Below, in pieces: positions 1 to 10,468 of a stretch of DNA of 64,000 nt. A model generated the notes under the pieces. It did no database searches. It was not told the origin of the DNA and was given only the letters and a program-made list of their open reading frames with translations. A program made the position numbers and the translations under genes. Position 1 is the stretch's first letter. Every line of letters starts with the position of its first letter. Origin of the DNA: Turneriella sp. (GTDB taxonomy: Bacteria > Spirochaetota > Leptospiria > Turneriellales > Turneriellaceae); assembly GCA_965279515.1 (NCBI GenBank), contig CBDIID010000003.1, positions 736,001-800,000 of the forward strand, given 5' to 3'.

Positions 1-1
1 C

Positions 2-3000
2 GCATCCGTGCGGCCCTTTACGCTTGCTGAGGTGCTGGATTTTTCTACCGACAAGAACTCCTACAGCCTGCACGACTTTCTGCAGATTAAAGACGGCACG
101 AAGCGCACCCCCTTCAAAACCGGAATCCGCAAGAACGGCATCGGCCGCGCCGCGTTCGATCTCGCACCGCACCTCAGCAAAGGCCGCGGTTGGGTCGCTG
201 CCCGGTTCGAAGGCGAAAAGGAATCTGTGAACCAGGCGATTCAGGCAACGGACCTCGCACTCACCGCCCGCCCTGCATTGGGCGGTAACCATGTCTGGGT
301 ACATAGCCTCACCTTTGGCGGCCCGGTTGCGGGCGCGAAGGTCAGCCGCTACACCAATGAAAAACCCGAAGGGAGCTGCAACACCAACGGCGAGGGTTAT
401 TGCCTGATCGCCGAGGGCAAGCCGCGCGAAGACGGTGACAGTCTGGTGTTCACCGCAGAGAAAGGCGGCGATCAAACCTTTGTCACTTCAAAGGAACAGC
501 GGCTAACCATCAGTCCGGCCGGTGGGGAGTTTGCCTATCACCTTTCGGGCGCGCAGCTGAAAGGCGTGATTGTCTTCGACCGCAAGCTGCATACGCCGGG
601 AGACACAGTATACTATAAAGCCGTGCTTTCGCAAAAGACGGCCGACAAACTTACCGCACTCTCTGACAGCAACGTCAAGGTCGAGGTAAGCAGTGCCGAA
701 GGAAAGGCTATTTACACCAAGACCCTGACGACCAGCAAACAGGGGGGCGTCGGTGGCGAAATTGACATCGCAAAGGATGCTCCACTCGGCCACTACACAC
801 TTTCGATCACGGGTGGTAAGGGCAGCGAACAATCCATCCAGGAAAATTTCCAGATCGAAGAGTTCAGGCCGGTGAGTTTTGCCGTCGCTGTTTCGGGCAT
901 CAGCGATTCCGTGGCCGGCAAAACCGCCGAAGCGACGGTTGAAGGCAATTACCTCTTCGGTGCACCGATGCAGCGCGCGCGCTTTCAGGTGGATGTCTCG
1001 CGTTCCAAATCACCGGCATATTTTGCGCACTATCCCGATTTTAACTTCGGCGACCAGCGCTACTCGTATTACGGTGAGAGCGACGAGGCCGATACAGGTT
1101 TTTTTACCGGGACCAAAGGGCGCCTGATGGCAAACGGCAAGCATACCTTTAAAATACCCCTGACGCCGATGGCGTTCTCGGAGACCATCGACCTGCCGGA
1201 AAAAAGCAAATTCCGCTACGCGCACTCCTACTCTGTGAATGTCGAAGCGACCGTCAAAGACGTCGATGACAAGGCCGTGAGTAACCGCCGTTCGATCCTT
1301 GTCGCCGCAGGCAAACACGTGGTCGGCATCCGGAGCAAGGATTCTTACGGTAAGACCGGCGATGACATGAATTTTGAAATCGTCGCACTCGACCCGGCTG
1401 GCAAGGCTGTAGGTAATGTGCCCGTCAAGATCACGATTTTGCATGTCACCTGGAAAAGCGTGCGCACACTCGGCACCGAAGACTCGCTGCAGGCAAAGAA
1501 CACACCGGTACGCCGCATCGTCACGACGCAGACGCTGAATGCCGGTGAAAAACCGGTGCCGTTTTCTTTTTCTCCCGACAAAGGCGGCGAATATTATATC
1601 ATCGCGCAGCCCGAGGGCAGCTTGAGCTTTGCGCGCACGGGATTTTACGTCTCGGGCGACTCGGACGGCTATTACATGCGCAACGACGACACTGTCAGTA
1701 TCGTCGCCGACAAGGCCAAATACGTGCCGGGCGAAACGGCGCGCATTCTCGTGCAATCGCCGGTCAAAACCGGGCGTATCATTCTCTCGCTCGAACGCGA
1801 AAAGGTGTACTGGCAAAAACAGGTCGAAATCAAGGATTACTCCGTCTCGGTGCCGGTGGAAATCAAAGAGGAATATTTGCCCAACGTCTACCTGACGGCG
1901 CTGGTACTCAAACCCCGCGAAAAATTATCGAAACGTACCCTCTACGAAGACCTCGGAGCGCCGGCGTTTAAGCTGGGTTCCCTCAATCTCGCCGTCGACA
2001 CAGCGTCACGGCGCGCAAAATTTGACCTCAGCTATGACCGGCAGCAGTATGGCCCCGGTGATACGGTCAAAATGTCGATTCAGACAGAACGGGGCGCCGA
2101 GATCGCGCTGTCGGTAGCCGACCGCGCGGTACTCGACCTCGTCGACTATCACTTCGCGAATCCCCTGTCGAATTTTTTCAGCACCTGGCCGCTGGCCATC
2201 GAACTCTTTGAAAACAGGCATGCCATCATCCACCAGTATGATTTTTCAGGCAAGGGCAACAACCCCGGCGGCGGCCCCGGCGAACCCGGCGAAGGCATGG
2301 GCCAGGGCGGCTTTGCCCTGGGAAATGAAGACGGCACGCGCAAGAACTTCCGTTACACAGCGTACTGGAAAAGCGACCTCAAGGCCGACAAAGACGGCAA
2401 GGCTGATGTCACCTTCAAGTTGCCCGACAATCTTTCGACCTTCCGCATCATGGCTCTGGCCGCGGCCGACGGCAAGTATACAAACTATGAGAAGGAGTTC
2501 CAGGTGCGCAAGGCACTCGTCGTGCAGCCGCTCATGCCGCGTTTCATGCGCGCCGGCGACGAACTCATGGTCGGCGCCGTCGTCATCAACCAGACAGGCG
2601 CCGCCGCCGAATTCGACGTCAGCCTTACCGCAGATCTGCTGACCGGTGGCGGCAACAAGGCCGTCAAAATTGCCGCGGGCGAAGCACGCGAAATCAGTTT
2701 TCCCGCGAAGATCAATACGGCAAAATATACTGCGCTGCTCAAGGCCTACCGCGAAAAGGCGCAGGATGCCAAAGCTGAAAAAGCTTCAGAGCACCCGATC
2801 GTGCTCACGGGTTTTGTCGGCGCACGCACGGGCGACACCAGCGACCGCGTGAAGTTCGAATTCCCCGTGCTCGAATCGCCCGCGGTCGAGGCCTTTGCCA
2901 TCGCCGGCTTCACGGACGACAAGGCCAAAGAAGCGCTGCGCATTCCCGGCGAAGATGAAATTCTTGGCAACATGGGTTCATTCGATATCACACTGTCTTC

Positions 3001-4606
3001 GACCGCGCTCGTCGGCCTCGACAAGGCCTTCCGCTTCTATGCTTCGAATCCCTATTTCTGTATGGAGCAGCGCGCCTCGGCCTTTATGCTGGCGATCACT
3101 TCGGGACAGATGCTCCAAAGCTTTGCGATCAAACCCCCGTCAGCCGATAACTACGACTTCAGGCAGATTGAATCGCTGTTCCTGGGTGAGATGAATGAGT
3201 TTGTCAATGCCGACGGCGGATTGCGCTTTTGGAAAAAAAATTCTTACCACAACGAGGAATCCAGCCCCTACTTATCAGCGTACGTGCTCACGGTGCTGCA
3301 GGCAGCCGAGGCGAAAAATTTTCCCGGCAACAATGCGATCCGCAAGGGGATAGTAAACTACCTGGAGAAATTTCTGCGCAGCGAAATGAAAGATGGCAAA
3401 TCGACGATCCTCGAAAACCTGTCGCTCATCCATCTCGCATTGACCCGCGAAGGAGCCGGCCGCTCCGACCTGACCAAATTCCTGCTCAAAAACGAAGCAG
3501 AGCTCTCGACCCGGGCCAAGGCGAGGCTAGCCCTCGCCATTGCGCATAAAGAGAAGCTCAAATCATATGCAGACGACAGCGATGTCAAACGGCTCTTCGA
3601 ACACTTCAAGAACCGCCTCGAGGTCACAACGACATCCGTCATGCTCAAAGAGACGCCGGATGCGGCGCTGCGGCAGACATTCTATTCAAGAACATCGGCG
3701 CTGGCTCTGGTGCTGCAGGCCTTCATCGCGCTCGACAAGGATAACCCGCTGATTCCGCAGATGGTGAACCACCTGCTGCGGGAAAACACTTCATACGACA
3801 CGCATTCGATCGGTCTTTCGGCCGCTGCGCTCGACAGCTACCGCAGCGTGTATGAGGCCGGCGGCCAGCCTTTCAGTTTCCTGGGCGAGATCACGCTCGG
3901 CGGCACGCAGCTCATGTCGACAAGCCTCAGCTCGCACAAATTTGATGTCTTCAAAAAATCGCTGACGATTCCCGAACTCCGAAAAACGGGTAAGCCCGGC
4001 AGCGAGTTACCGCTGGTCTTTTCCAAGTCAGGCGATAAGGGAAGGCTCTATTATGCGGCGCGGCTGAACTATGCGGCGATACGCGGCGGTGAAGCGGCGC
4101 GTGACGAGGGCATTGAAATCCACCGCAACCTGTTCGCGATGGAAAGTGTCCGCGGCAAACAGGTGATGCGCCCCATCAAAGAAAGCCAGATGAAGCGCGG
4201 CGAGCTCTACCTGCAGAAACTCATGGTGACGACCCCCAAACCCTACTACAATGTGGTACTCGTCGATCCCCTCGCCTCGCAGACCGAGGTCATGAATTCG
4301 GCCTTCAGTACCGAAAAAACACCGGCGGCTGGCGCCTCTGATTCCGGTCCGCACGACGGTGAAGGGGATGAACCGCGTTACGAAGATGAAGGTAATTATT
4401 GGGGTTCGGCCCCCAGCTTCCAGGAATACCGGCACGACAAGGTGGTTCTCTTCTTTAACTATATTCCCGCGGGCTACCACGAATACCGCTATGTCGTACG
4501 GCCGCTGGTGCGCGGCAAGGGTATTCATCCCCCCGGTCAGGTGAAGCTCATGTATGAGCCCGAAATCTTTGGCCGCAGCGCCTCTGCCCTGACGAGTGTG
4601 GAGTGA
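2..4606 (+). CDS. Bacterial alpha-2-macroglobulin family protein (5' truncated by window edge)
   Basis: Frame open from the window start. MG-domain motifs (DRKLHTPGDTV, YVPGETARILV, FKLPDNLSTFRIMA), thioester motif PYFCMEQ (CxEQ), Gly/Pro-rich bait-like segment, C-terminal MYEPEIFGRS. Stop overlaps pbpC, the established pairing. Confidence 0.93.
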   Translation, partial: ASVRPFTLAEVLDFSTDKNSYSLHDFLQIKDGTKRTPFKTGIRKNGIGRAAFDLAPHLSKGRGWVAARFEGEKESVNQAIQATDLALTARPALGGNHVWVHSLTFGGPVAGAKVSRYTNEKPEGSCNTNGEGYCLIAEGKPREDGDSLVFTAEKGGDQTFVTSKEQRLTISPAGGEFAYHLSGAQLKGVIVFDRKLHTPGDTVYYKAVLSQKTADKLTALSDSNVKVEVSSAEGKAIYTKTLTTSKQGGVGGEIDIAKDAPLGHYTLSITGGKGSEQSIQENFQIEEFRPVSFAVAVSGISDSVAGKTAEATVEGNYLFGAPMQRARFQVDVSRSKSPAYFAHYPDFNFGDQRYSYYGESDEADTGFFTGTKGRLMANGKHTFKIPLTPMAFSETIDLPEKSKFRYAHSYSVNVEATVKDVDDKAVSNRRSILVAAGKHVVGIRSKDSYGKTGDDMNFEIVALDPAGKAVGNVPVKITILHVTWKSVRTLGTEDSLQAKNTPVRRIVTTQTLNAGEKPVPFSFSPDKGGEYYIIAQPEGSLSFARTGFYVSGDSDGYYMRNDDTVSIVADKAKYVPGETARILVQSPVKTGRIILSLEREKVYWQKQVEIKDYSVSVPVEIKEEYLPNVYLTALVLKPREKLSKRTLYEDLGAPAFKLGSLNLAVDTASRRAKFDLSYDRQQYGPGDTVKMSIQTERGAEIALSVADRAVLDLVDYHFANPLSNFFSTWPLAIELFENRHAIIHQYDFSGKGNNPGGGPGEPGEGMGQGGFALGNEDGTRKNFRYTAYWKSDLKADKDGKADVTFKLPDNLSTFRIMALAAADGKYTNYEKEFQVRKALVVQPLMPRFMRAGDELMVGAVVINQTGAAAEFDVSLTADLLTGGGNKAVKIAAGEAREISFPAKINTAKYTALLKAYREKAQDAKAEKASEHPIVLTGFVGARTGDTSDRVKFEFPVLESPAVEAFAIAGFTDDKAKEALRIPGEDEILGNMGSFDITLSSTALVGLDKAFRFYASNPYFCMEQRASAFMLAITSGQMLQSFAIKPPSADNYDFRQIESLFLGEMNEFVNADGGLRFWKKNSYHNEESSPYLSAYVLTVLQAAEAKNFPGNNAIRKGIVNYLEKFLRSEMKDGKSTILENLSLIHLALTREGAGRSDLTKFLLKNEAELSTRAKARLALAIAHKEKLKSYADDSDVKRLFEHFKNRLEVTTTSVMLKETPDAALRQTFYSRTSALALVLQAFIALDKDNPLIPQMVNHLLRENTSYDTHSIGLSAAALDSYRSVYEAGGQPFSFLGEITLGGTQLMSTSLSSHKFDVFKKSLTIPELRKTGKPGSELPLVFSKSGDKGRLYYAARLNYAAIRGGEAARDEGIEIHRNLFAMESVRGKQVMRPIKESQMKRGELYLQKLMVTTPKPYYNVVLVDPLASQTEVMNSAFSTEKTPAAGASDSGPHDGEGDEPRYEDEGNYWGSAPSFQEYRHDKVVLFFNYIPAGYHEYRYVVRPLVRGKGIHPPGQVKLMYEPEIFGRSASALTSVE

Positions 4607-6753
4607 CACGCCGGCATAAGATCATTTGTATTGCCCTGACGGGTTTAACCGCAGCCCTGTTCTGGCCGATCCCCGAACCAAGGCTGCACCGCCTTTACCC
4701 GCTGCGCTTTTTCTCCAAAGAGAAGATTCTGCTGCGGGAATTCCGCAATCCCGCCGGCGCCTATGGTTCGTCGCTGCCGCTCTCCGAATACCCTAAGCCG
4801 CTCATCCGCGCCGTGATCGCGGCAGAAGATGCGCGTTTTATCGGGCATTGCGGTATCGATTTTGTCGCCATGGCACGCGCCGCGCTGGATAACCTGCGGC
4901 AGAGCCGCATCCGCTCAGGAGCATCGACGATCACACAGCAACTCGCACGCACCATCTACGCCGAGGCCCTGCCTCAAAACCGCATCCTGAAAAAGATCGG
5001 CGAAATTGCTATAGCCTTTAAGATAACCCTTACCGTCCCGAAGTCGCAGACCCTGGAGGCTTACCTGAACCAGGTTGCGATGCCGCTCAATTCCACAGGC
5101 CTCGCCGCGGCAGCCGAACGTATCTTCGGCAAACATGTCACACTGCTCAGTGATGAGGAGACAGTTGGCCTCGCCGTCATGATTCGTTCGGGAAGCTTCG
5201 CACGTTTTGAAGCCAAATTCCTGTCGCTTTGGGCAAAGCTTTACCCCGGTAAAACACCAGACTTAGCCCACCTGCACTCCGCTTTAGAGAAGATCGCGCC
5301 GCCCCGGACCGCATCGCTCACAGGTTCAGAGCATTTCATTAGCTGGCTCAGCGAAAACCGGCTGCCCACTTACGGGGAAATCCGCAGCGAAATCTCGGCG
5401 AACATGAATCAGCGCATCGCCGAAATTATCCGCAATGAAATGCGCGCGATCTACGAAGCCGGCGCCGATCATGCGGCCGTGGTTGTCATCGAAAAAACCG
5501 GGGGCGACGATATTCTCCGCGCGATGGTCGGCTCTGCGGATTTTTTTTCCGAGGCCGGCGGTGAAATCAACCATGCGGTGCGCATCCGTTCTGCCGGCAG
5601 CACGCTGAAACCGTTTGTCTATGGGCTGGGTTTTGACCAAAAGCTCTTCGCTGCCAGCACTGTATTTTTCGACGGTGAAACGGCATTGGCGACCGGGCGC
5701 GAGCACGAGACCTACCGTCCGCAGAATAACGACATGCGCTTCTGGGGCCAGATGACGCTGCGCGAGGCGCTGGTCTCTTCGCGCAATATTCCCGCACTCG
5801 CGGCGGCTGAAAAAGCAGGCATCGACAACCTGCTGGTGTTGCTGCGGCGGGGTGGCCTGACGCACCTCACGCACAATGCGGATCATTATGGCCCGGGGCT
5901 TGCCCTCGGCAGCGGCGGCATAACCCTGCTGCAGTTGGCAAGGCTCTATTCTGCAATCGCATCTGCGGGCATGCTGCACCCGCTCAGAATCGGTGAGGAT
6001 GGTACCGGGAGGGCACTGCGCATCGGCGCAAGAGACAGGCTTTTATCCGAAGAAACTGCAGCGCGGCTGACGCACATGCTCACCGACCGGGCACTGAGGC
6101 GCCGCGCCTTCGGCAAACGTAACTTCCTGGATTTCCCCTTTCCCGTCGCAGCTAAAACCGGAACTTCCAAGGACTACCGCGACGGCTGGGTTGCAGGTTT
6201 CACTCCGCGTTTCACCATTGCCGTCTGGGTAGGTAATTCCCAGGGCATACCCATGCGTTCGGTCAGCGGCGCCTGGGGTGCAGGCCGCATTTTCCACCAG
6301 GTGATGCGCCTCGTCAACGCTGGTGCGCACCAGCAGTTCGCCGCCCATTCCCGGATGCAGGAAATCCGCGTCTGCAGAAAGAGCGGCCTCAAGGCCTCTG
6401 AAAGTTGCCCGTCACACGCTGAGCTGTCGGCGCCAGGGGAAAAAACCGCCGGGTTTTGCCAGTTGCGCCATGGCAGCGCCGAGCTGCAGGATGAAACCCT
6501 GCCGCGGTTAATTTCTCCGTCACCCGGTGAGCGCTATGTATTACATCCGAATGAATCCGCCGCGCGGCAGGAAATCCCCATCATTATCCACGGTACGGGA
6601 AAAACCGCGTTTGCCTATGCGCTCGACAATGAAACACCGCGAACGGCGCAAGGCGAGGTCAGGGATTTCAGGCGCCTGGCTGGCGGAGATTATATTCTGC
6701 GCGTTTTTGCGGGTGGCGAAGTTCTCGAAGAAATAAATTTTTCCGTCAGGTGA
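4603..6753 (+). CDS. pbpC: Penicillin-binding protein 1C (transglycosylase/transpeptidase)
   Basis: AAEDARF and GASTITQQL (GT51); GSTLKPF (SxxK), SRN and KTGT (transpeptidase). GTGA overlap with the A2M gene. Confidence 0.92.
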   Translation: MTRRHKIICIALTGLTAALFWPIPEPRLHRLYPLRFFSKEKILLREFRNPAGAYGSSLPLSEYPKPLIRAVIAAEDARFIGHCGIDFVAMARAALDNLRQSRIRSGASTITQQLARTIYAEALPQNRILKKIGEIAIAFKITLTVPKSQTLEAYLNQVAMPLNSTGLAAAAERIFGKHVTLLSDEETVGLAVMIRSGSFARFEAKFLSLWAKLYPGKTPDLAHLHSALEKIAPPRTASLTGSEHFISWLSENRLPTYGEIRSEISANMNQRIAEIIRNEMRAIYEAGADHAAVVVIEKTGGDDILRAMVGSADFFSEAGGEINHAVRIRSAGSTLKPFVYGLGFDQKLFAASTVFFDGETALATGREHETYRPQNNDMRFWGQMTLREALVSSRNIPALAAAEKAGIDNLLVLLRRGGLTHLTHNADHYGPGLALGSGGITLLQLARLYSAIASAGMLHPLRIGEDGTGRALRIGARDRLLSEETAARLTHMLTDRALRRRAFGKRNFLDFPFPVAAKTGTSKDYRDGWVAGFTPRFTIAVWVGNSQGIPMRSVSGAWGAGRIFHQVMRLVNAGAHQQFAAHSRMQEIRVCRKSGLKASESCPSHAELSAPGEKTAGFCQLRHGSAELQDETLPRLISPSPGERYVLHPNESAARQEIPIIIHGTGKTAFAYALDNETPRTAQGEVRDFRRLAGGDYILRVFAGGEVLEEINFSVR

Positions 6754-6755
6754 GG

Positions 6756-8021
6756 TTACTCTACCGGGCGGTGCAAACGGTAGTCTGCCAGCGTACGGAT
6801 ATAATAATCTACCCCGGGGGTCGCGGGCGCGCCGGACTTATTCTCAATCTGTTCGCGTGCGAGCTGCCGCTCGGCCCTGAGGCAGACATCGCGGATCGCC
6901 CGCACAGACAGGCCTTCCATCTGGTTCGCCAGGTCTGCGTTTGCTTCGGCTGCAAGCTGCTTCGCATAGAAGTTTAAAAGTTCGCGGATGTCTTCGACGG
7001 CGGGTTCGTTAAATTCCAGAATGCTGTCGAAGCGCGACAAGAGCGCGCTGTCTAAATCTTGCGGGCGGTTGGTCGCGCCAACGGTGATGATATTCGACTG
7101 CGTCTCCAATCCGTCAATTTTACGGAGCAGTACAGACAAGAGCCGGCGCGAAGCTTCAAAAAGTTTCTCATTGCGCGAAGGTGCCAGGGCGTCGATCTCG
7201 TCGAGGAACAGGATCAGCGGTTCGCGGTAGGTCATGGCGACGTCGAAGATACTTGCCAACCGTTTCGTCGACTCGCCGTAATAGGCAGAGAGAATATTTT
7301 CCAGCGGCACATGGACGACCACGAGCCCCGCTTCTTTGCCGACGTGGCGCGCCATGGTGGTTTTGCCCGTGCCGGGCGGGCCGGTAAAAAGCACCGCGCG
7401 CGGGCGATTGATGGAAAACTGCGTGCGCGTCGCCGCTGCGATCTTATCGTAGATCTCGGGGTTCTTCAGCGGCAGAATCAGCGTCTCGCGCAGTTTCTCG
7501 CGCAGGCGCTTAAAGGCCGCAATGTCCTGGAGTTTTTCGCCTGGCCGGTAGACATGGCAACCCATCTCTGCGAGCTCTGACAAAGCGTCAGCCGCGCGTG
7601 CCCGCCCCAGCGCCCGCTTGAGCAAGGTCGTGATGAGTGACAGCTCGGCGGGCATCAGGGCGCCCTTCTTCGTAATTTCAAGCGCCTTCTCGCCATAGAG
7701 ACCCGAGATGCGGATTTTGATTTTATCCAAAAGCGCTTCGGTCGAAAACAGGTTCTCGTTCAGCGCCTGGATCGAGAGAAAAGATTTTTCAAAGGTATGG
7801 ATGCGCCAGTTTTCAATATGGCGCTTGGCGATCGCAATGGTATCGATCAGCAGCGCATCGGTGACTTCGGCGACCTCAGTACGCAGGTTAAAATCGGAGC
7901 GTTCGAAGCTGACGGCGATTTTCTGCACGTCGATGCCGATCTCTTGCGCGACGCGGTCGAGTTCGGCGCGGATCTCACTCAGCTGCACACCGGGGTTTGT
8001 CTTGGGAGCGGCTTCTGCCAT
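6756..8021 (-). CDS. AAA+ ATPase (classical AAA module) with an unrecognised N-terminal region
   Basis: Walker A GPPGTGKT, Walker B LFLDEID, SRH ATNRPQDLDSALLSRFD. ATG at 8021 preferred over TTG at 8048. Confidence 0.85.
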   Translation of the reverse strand: MAEAAPKTNPGVQLSEIRAELDRVAQEIGIDVQKIAVSFERSDFNLRTEVAEVTDALLIDTIAIAKRHIENWRIHTFEKSFLSIQALNENLFSTEALLDKIKIRISGLYGEKALEITKKGALMPAELSLITTLLKRALGRARAADALSELAEMGCHVYRPGEKLQDIAAFKRLREKLRETLILPLKNPEIYDKIAAATRTQFSINRPRAVLFTGPPGTGKTTMARHVGKEAGLVVVHVPLENILSAYYGESTKRLASIFDVAMTYREPLILFLDEIDALAPSRNEKLFEASRRLLSVLLRKIDGLETQSNIITVGATNRPQDLDSALLSRFDSILEFNEPAVEDIRELLNFYAKQLAAEANADLANQMEGLSVRAIRDVCLRAERQLAREQIENKSGAPATPGVDYYIRTLADYRLHRPVE

Positions 8022-8066
8022 AGTATGCGGCAGAAACCGTCGCGCCAATGCGGCGCCAAGAAATTG

Positions 8067-10358
8067 TCAGCTCGCCTTTTTGAGAAACGCCGCCTCAAAT
8101 TCAGACCAGTGTATCGGCTTACCAAACAGGTAACCCTGGTATGCCGAGCAGCCATGCTTGCGGAGGAAATCCCTCTGTTCGTCTGTTTCGACGCCCTCGG
8201 CGATGATATCGAGCTTCAGGTTCTTCGCCATACCGATAATCGTCTGCACAAGGATTGCATCGTTGGGATCCGTAGTGATGTCGCGCACAAATGCCTGGTC
8301 GATCTTGAGCTGGGTCAGCGGCAGGCGCTTCAGGTAAGACAATGAGGATTGCCCCGTGCCGAAATCGTCGAGCGACAGGCCGATACCGAAGCCGCGCAGT
8401 GTCTGCATACGCTCCACGGTGTCCCCGATATTTTCGAGCGCAAGGCTTTCGGTGAGTTCGAGTTTGAGGCGCGTCGCGTCGATACCCGCCTGTGCCAGTA
8501 TTTTCCCCAGGCCGCGCGCAAAATCCGGCTGGCGAAACTGCCGGGCGCTGACGTTGACCGCGAGGGACAGGTGCTGCGTCTCGGGCATTTTCGCCCACGC
8601 TTTCAGGATATTTATCGATTCGCGCATCACCCAGTCGCCGATTTCAACAATGAGACCGGTGCGCTCGGCTGCAGGTATGAATTCGAGCGGCGGTATCATG
8701 CCGCGCAGCGGATGCCGCCAGCGCAGCAGCACCTCGGCGCCGGTGAGCTGGTCGATGTCGATCTGCGGCTGCAGGAATATCTCCAGCTGGTCCGCCTGGA
8801 TCGCCTGTTTGAGATCTTCTTCGAGCGTCAGGCGCTCAGAAAGCAGTTTTTGCATGGTCGGGTCGAAGAAGCGGAATGTGTCACGACCATCGGCCTTCGC
8901 CTGGTACATCGCCATATCGGCGCGGCGCAAGAGCTCGTCGACAGTCGTCTCGTGCCCCAAAAACGCCGCGACGCCAATGCTACAGGTATTCTCATAGTCG
9001 GTCATCTGCCGGTATGAAAGCGCGACGGGAAGACTCAGCGTATGGAGAATACGCTGCGTAATCTCGGTAGTCTCTTCAACGGCCGCCTCGGCGTCGGCCG
9101 CCAGTTCACCGAGGATAATGATGAATTCGTCACCACCCAGGCGCGCGACGGTGTCGCCCTCGCGCACACAGAGGCGCAGGCGCCGCGCCTGCTGTATCAG
9201 CAGTTCATCCCCCGCTTCATGCCCCTTGGTGTCGTTGAGATTCTTGAAATGGTCGAGGTCGATAAAGAGCAGTGCGCCGCGCAGCCCCGTGCGTGCACTG
9301 AGTGCCAGTGCCTGTTCGAGGCGGTCGAGCAGCAGCCGTCGGTTTGGCAGTGAAGTCAGCGGATCATAGAACGCGAGGTTTTCGACCTGCTCTTCGGCGA
9401 GCCGGCGCTCCGTGACATCGTGCACGGCACCCAGAAGTTCGACGACTGCACCGGTTTTTTCGTCGCGGATCGGACGCACATGGTCGCGCAGCCAGACCGT
9501 GCGGCCCTCGGCAGAAACGATGCGGTATTCGGAAATAATCGATTCACCGTCGAGCAGCGTCGGCATGCGCCGCTGCATCGCCTCGCGATCGTCAGGGTGC
9601 ACGATCGCCATCCACCCGCCCTTGAGAGCGAGTTCATCCAGCGCATAACCCGTGATGCGCTGGAACGAGCCGGCAAAAATCTTCGGAACAAGGTTGGGCT
9701 TGCGCAGGTCGACCTGGTAGACATAATCGGAGGAAAGCTCGGTGAAGAGTTTCAGGATACGCTCTTTATCTTCGAGCATACGTTCGCGTTCGGTCGCTTC
9801 ATCCAGAAGCTGTTGCGTATGTCTGAGGCTCTTCTCCATTCTGTTTACTACGAATGAAATGAGCGCAGAGATAATACAACTGACGGTCATAAAGCCAAAA
9901 GACACGCTGACCCAGTGCAGGGGCACCGACGTGCCGGGGGGCAACGTGCTCGGCTGGATCGGCAAACCCGGTGCAATCCAGTAGGCGATGCTGATGAGCC
10001 CCGCCGTACCCAGACCAACCACCGTGAGTGCGCCCCAAAGCCGGTAATACGCCGCGGCGATTGTAACCCCGGTGTGCATAACCAGAAGCGGACCCGGGCG
10101 GGGTTCGGGGGTCATCGTCGAAATCCAAAGACCGATCAGTAGCATGTTGCTGATCATTACCGGAATCAGTAATCTGTAATGCACCCTCGCCAGCAAAAAT
10201 CCGGTGACGACAATCAGGTAGCTCAGCAGGTATATACCGAAGGCATCAGCCCGCCAGTCGAGGCGATAAAACCGCAGCACGCAGTTCGCCACGCCGCCAA
10301 TGACGGAAATCAGCGCCAGACGACGCGCAAGTTTAGTTTCCCACTGGGTGGTCTGCAT
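8067..10358 (-). CDS. Membrane-bound PAS-GGDEF-EAL diguanylate cyclase/phosphodiesterase
   Basis: Several N-terminal TM segments; PAS (IVHPDD, VWLRD); DLDHFK, I-site REGD and GGDEF; EAL domain with EVL, ELTES, DDFGTG, KIDQ, AEGVE, QGY. ATG 10358 chosen because the TTG at 10379 lies inside the sigma54 site. Confidence 0.93.
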   Translation of the reverse strand: MQTTQWETKLARRLALISVIGGVANCVLRFYRLDWRADAFGIYLLSYLIVVTGFLLARVHYRLLIPVMISNMLLIGLWISTMTPEPRPGPLLVMHTGVTIAAAYYRLWGALTVVGLGTAGLISIAYWIAPGLPIQPSTLPPGTSVPLHWVSVSFGFMTVSCIISALISFVVNRMEKSLRHTQQLLDEATERERMLEDKERILKLFTELSSDYVYQVDLRKPNLVPKIFAGSFQRITGYALDELALKGGWMAIVHPDDREAMQRRMPTLLDGESIISEYRIVSAEGRTVWLRDHVRPIRDEKTGAVVELLGAVHDVTERRLAEEQVENLAFYDPLTSLPNRRLLLDRLEQALALSARTGLRGALLFIDLDHFKNLNDTKGHEAGDELLIQQARRLRLCVREGDTVARLGGDEFIIILGELAADAEAAVEETTEITQRILHTLSLPVALSYRQMTDYENTCSIGVAAFLGHETTVDELLRRADMAMYQAKADGRDTFRFFDPTMQKLLSERLTLEEDLKQAIQADQLEIFLQPQIDIDQLTGAEVLLRWRHPLRGMIPPLEFIPAAERTGLIVEIGDWVMRESINILKAWAKMPETQHLSLAVNVSARQFRQPDFARGLGKILAQAGIDATRLKLELTESLALENIGDTVERMQTLRGFGIGLSLDDFGTGQSSLSYLKRLPLTQLKIDQAFVRDITTDPNDAILVQTIIGMAKNLKLDIIAEGVETDEQRDFLRKHGCSAYQGYLFGKPIHWSEFEAAFLKKAS

Positions 10359-10374
10359 TATAACCTTTGAAAAA

Positions 10375-10391
10375 GGCAACTTGGGTGCCAG
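10375..10391 (-). promoter_or_regulatory. Putative sigma54 (RpoN) -24/-12 promoter
   Basis: Minus strand reads CTGGCACCCAAGTTGCC, matching TGGCAC-N5-TTGC, just upstream of the DGC/PDE ATG. Confidence 0.6.
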
Positions 10392-10468
10392 AAGCCCTTT
10401 TCAAAAGCTACGGTTAGCGTTAGCGGTTTTAGCGCAGAGGGTCGCTGTGAAAAGTCTAAATTGCAACT

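Noticed and set aside
8032..8048. Second sigma54 site TTGGCGCGACGGTTTCT before the AAA ATPase
   Set aside because: It lacks the near-invariant -12 GC.
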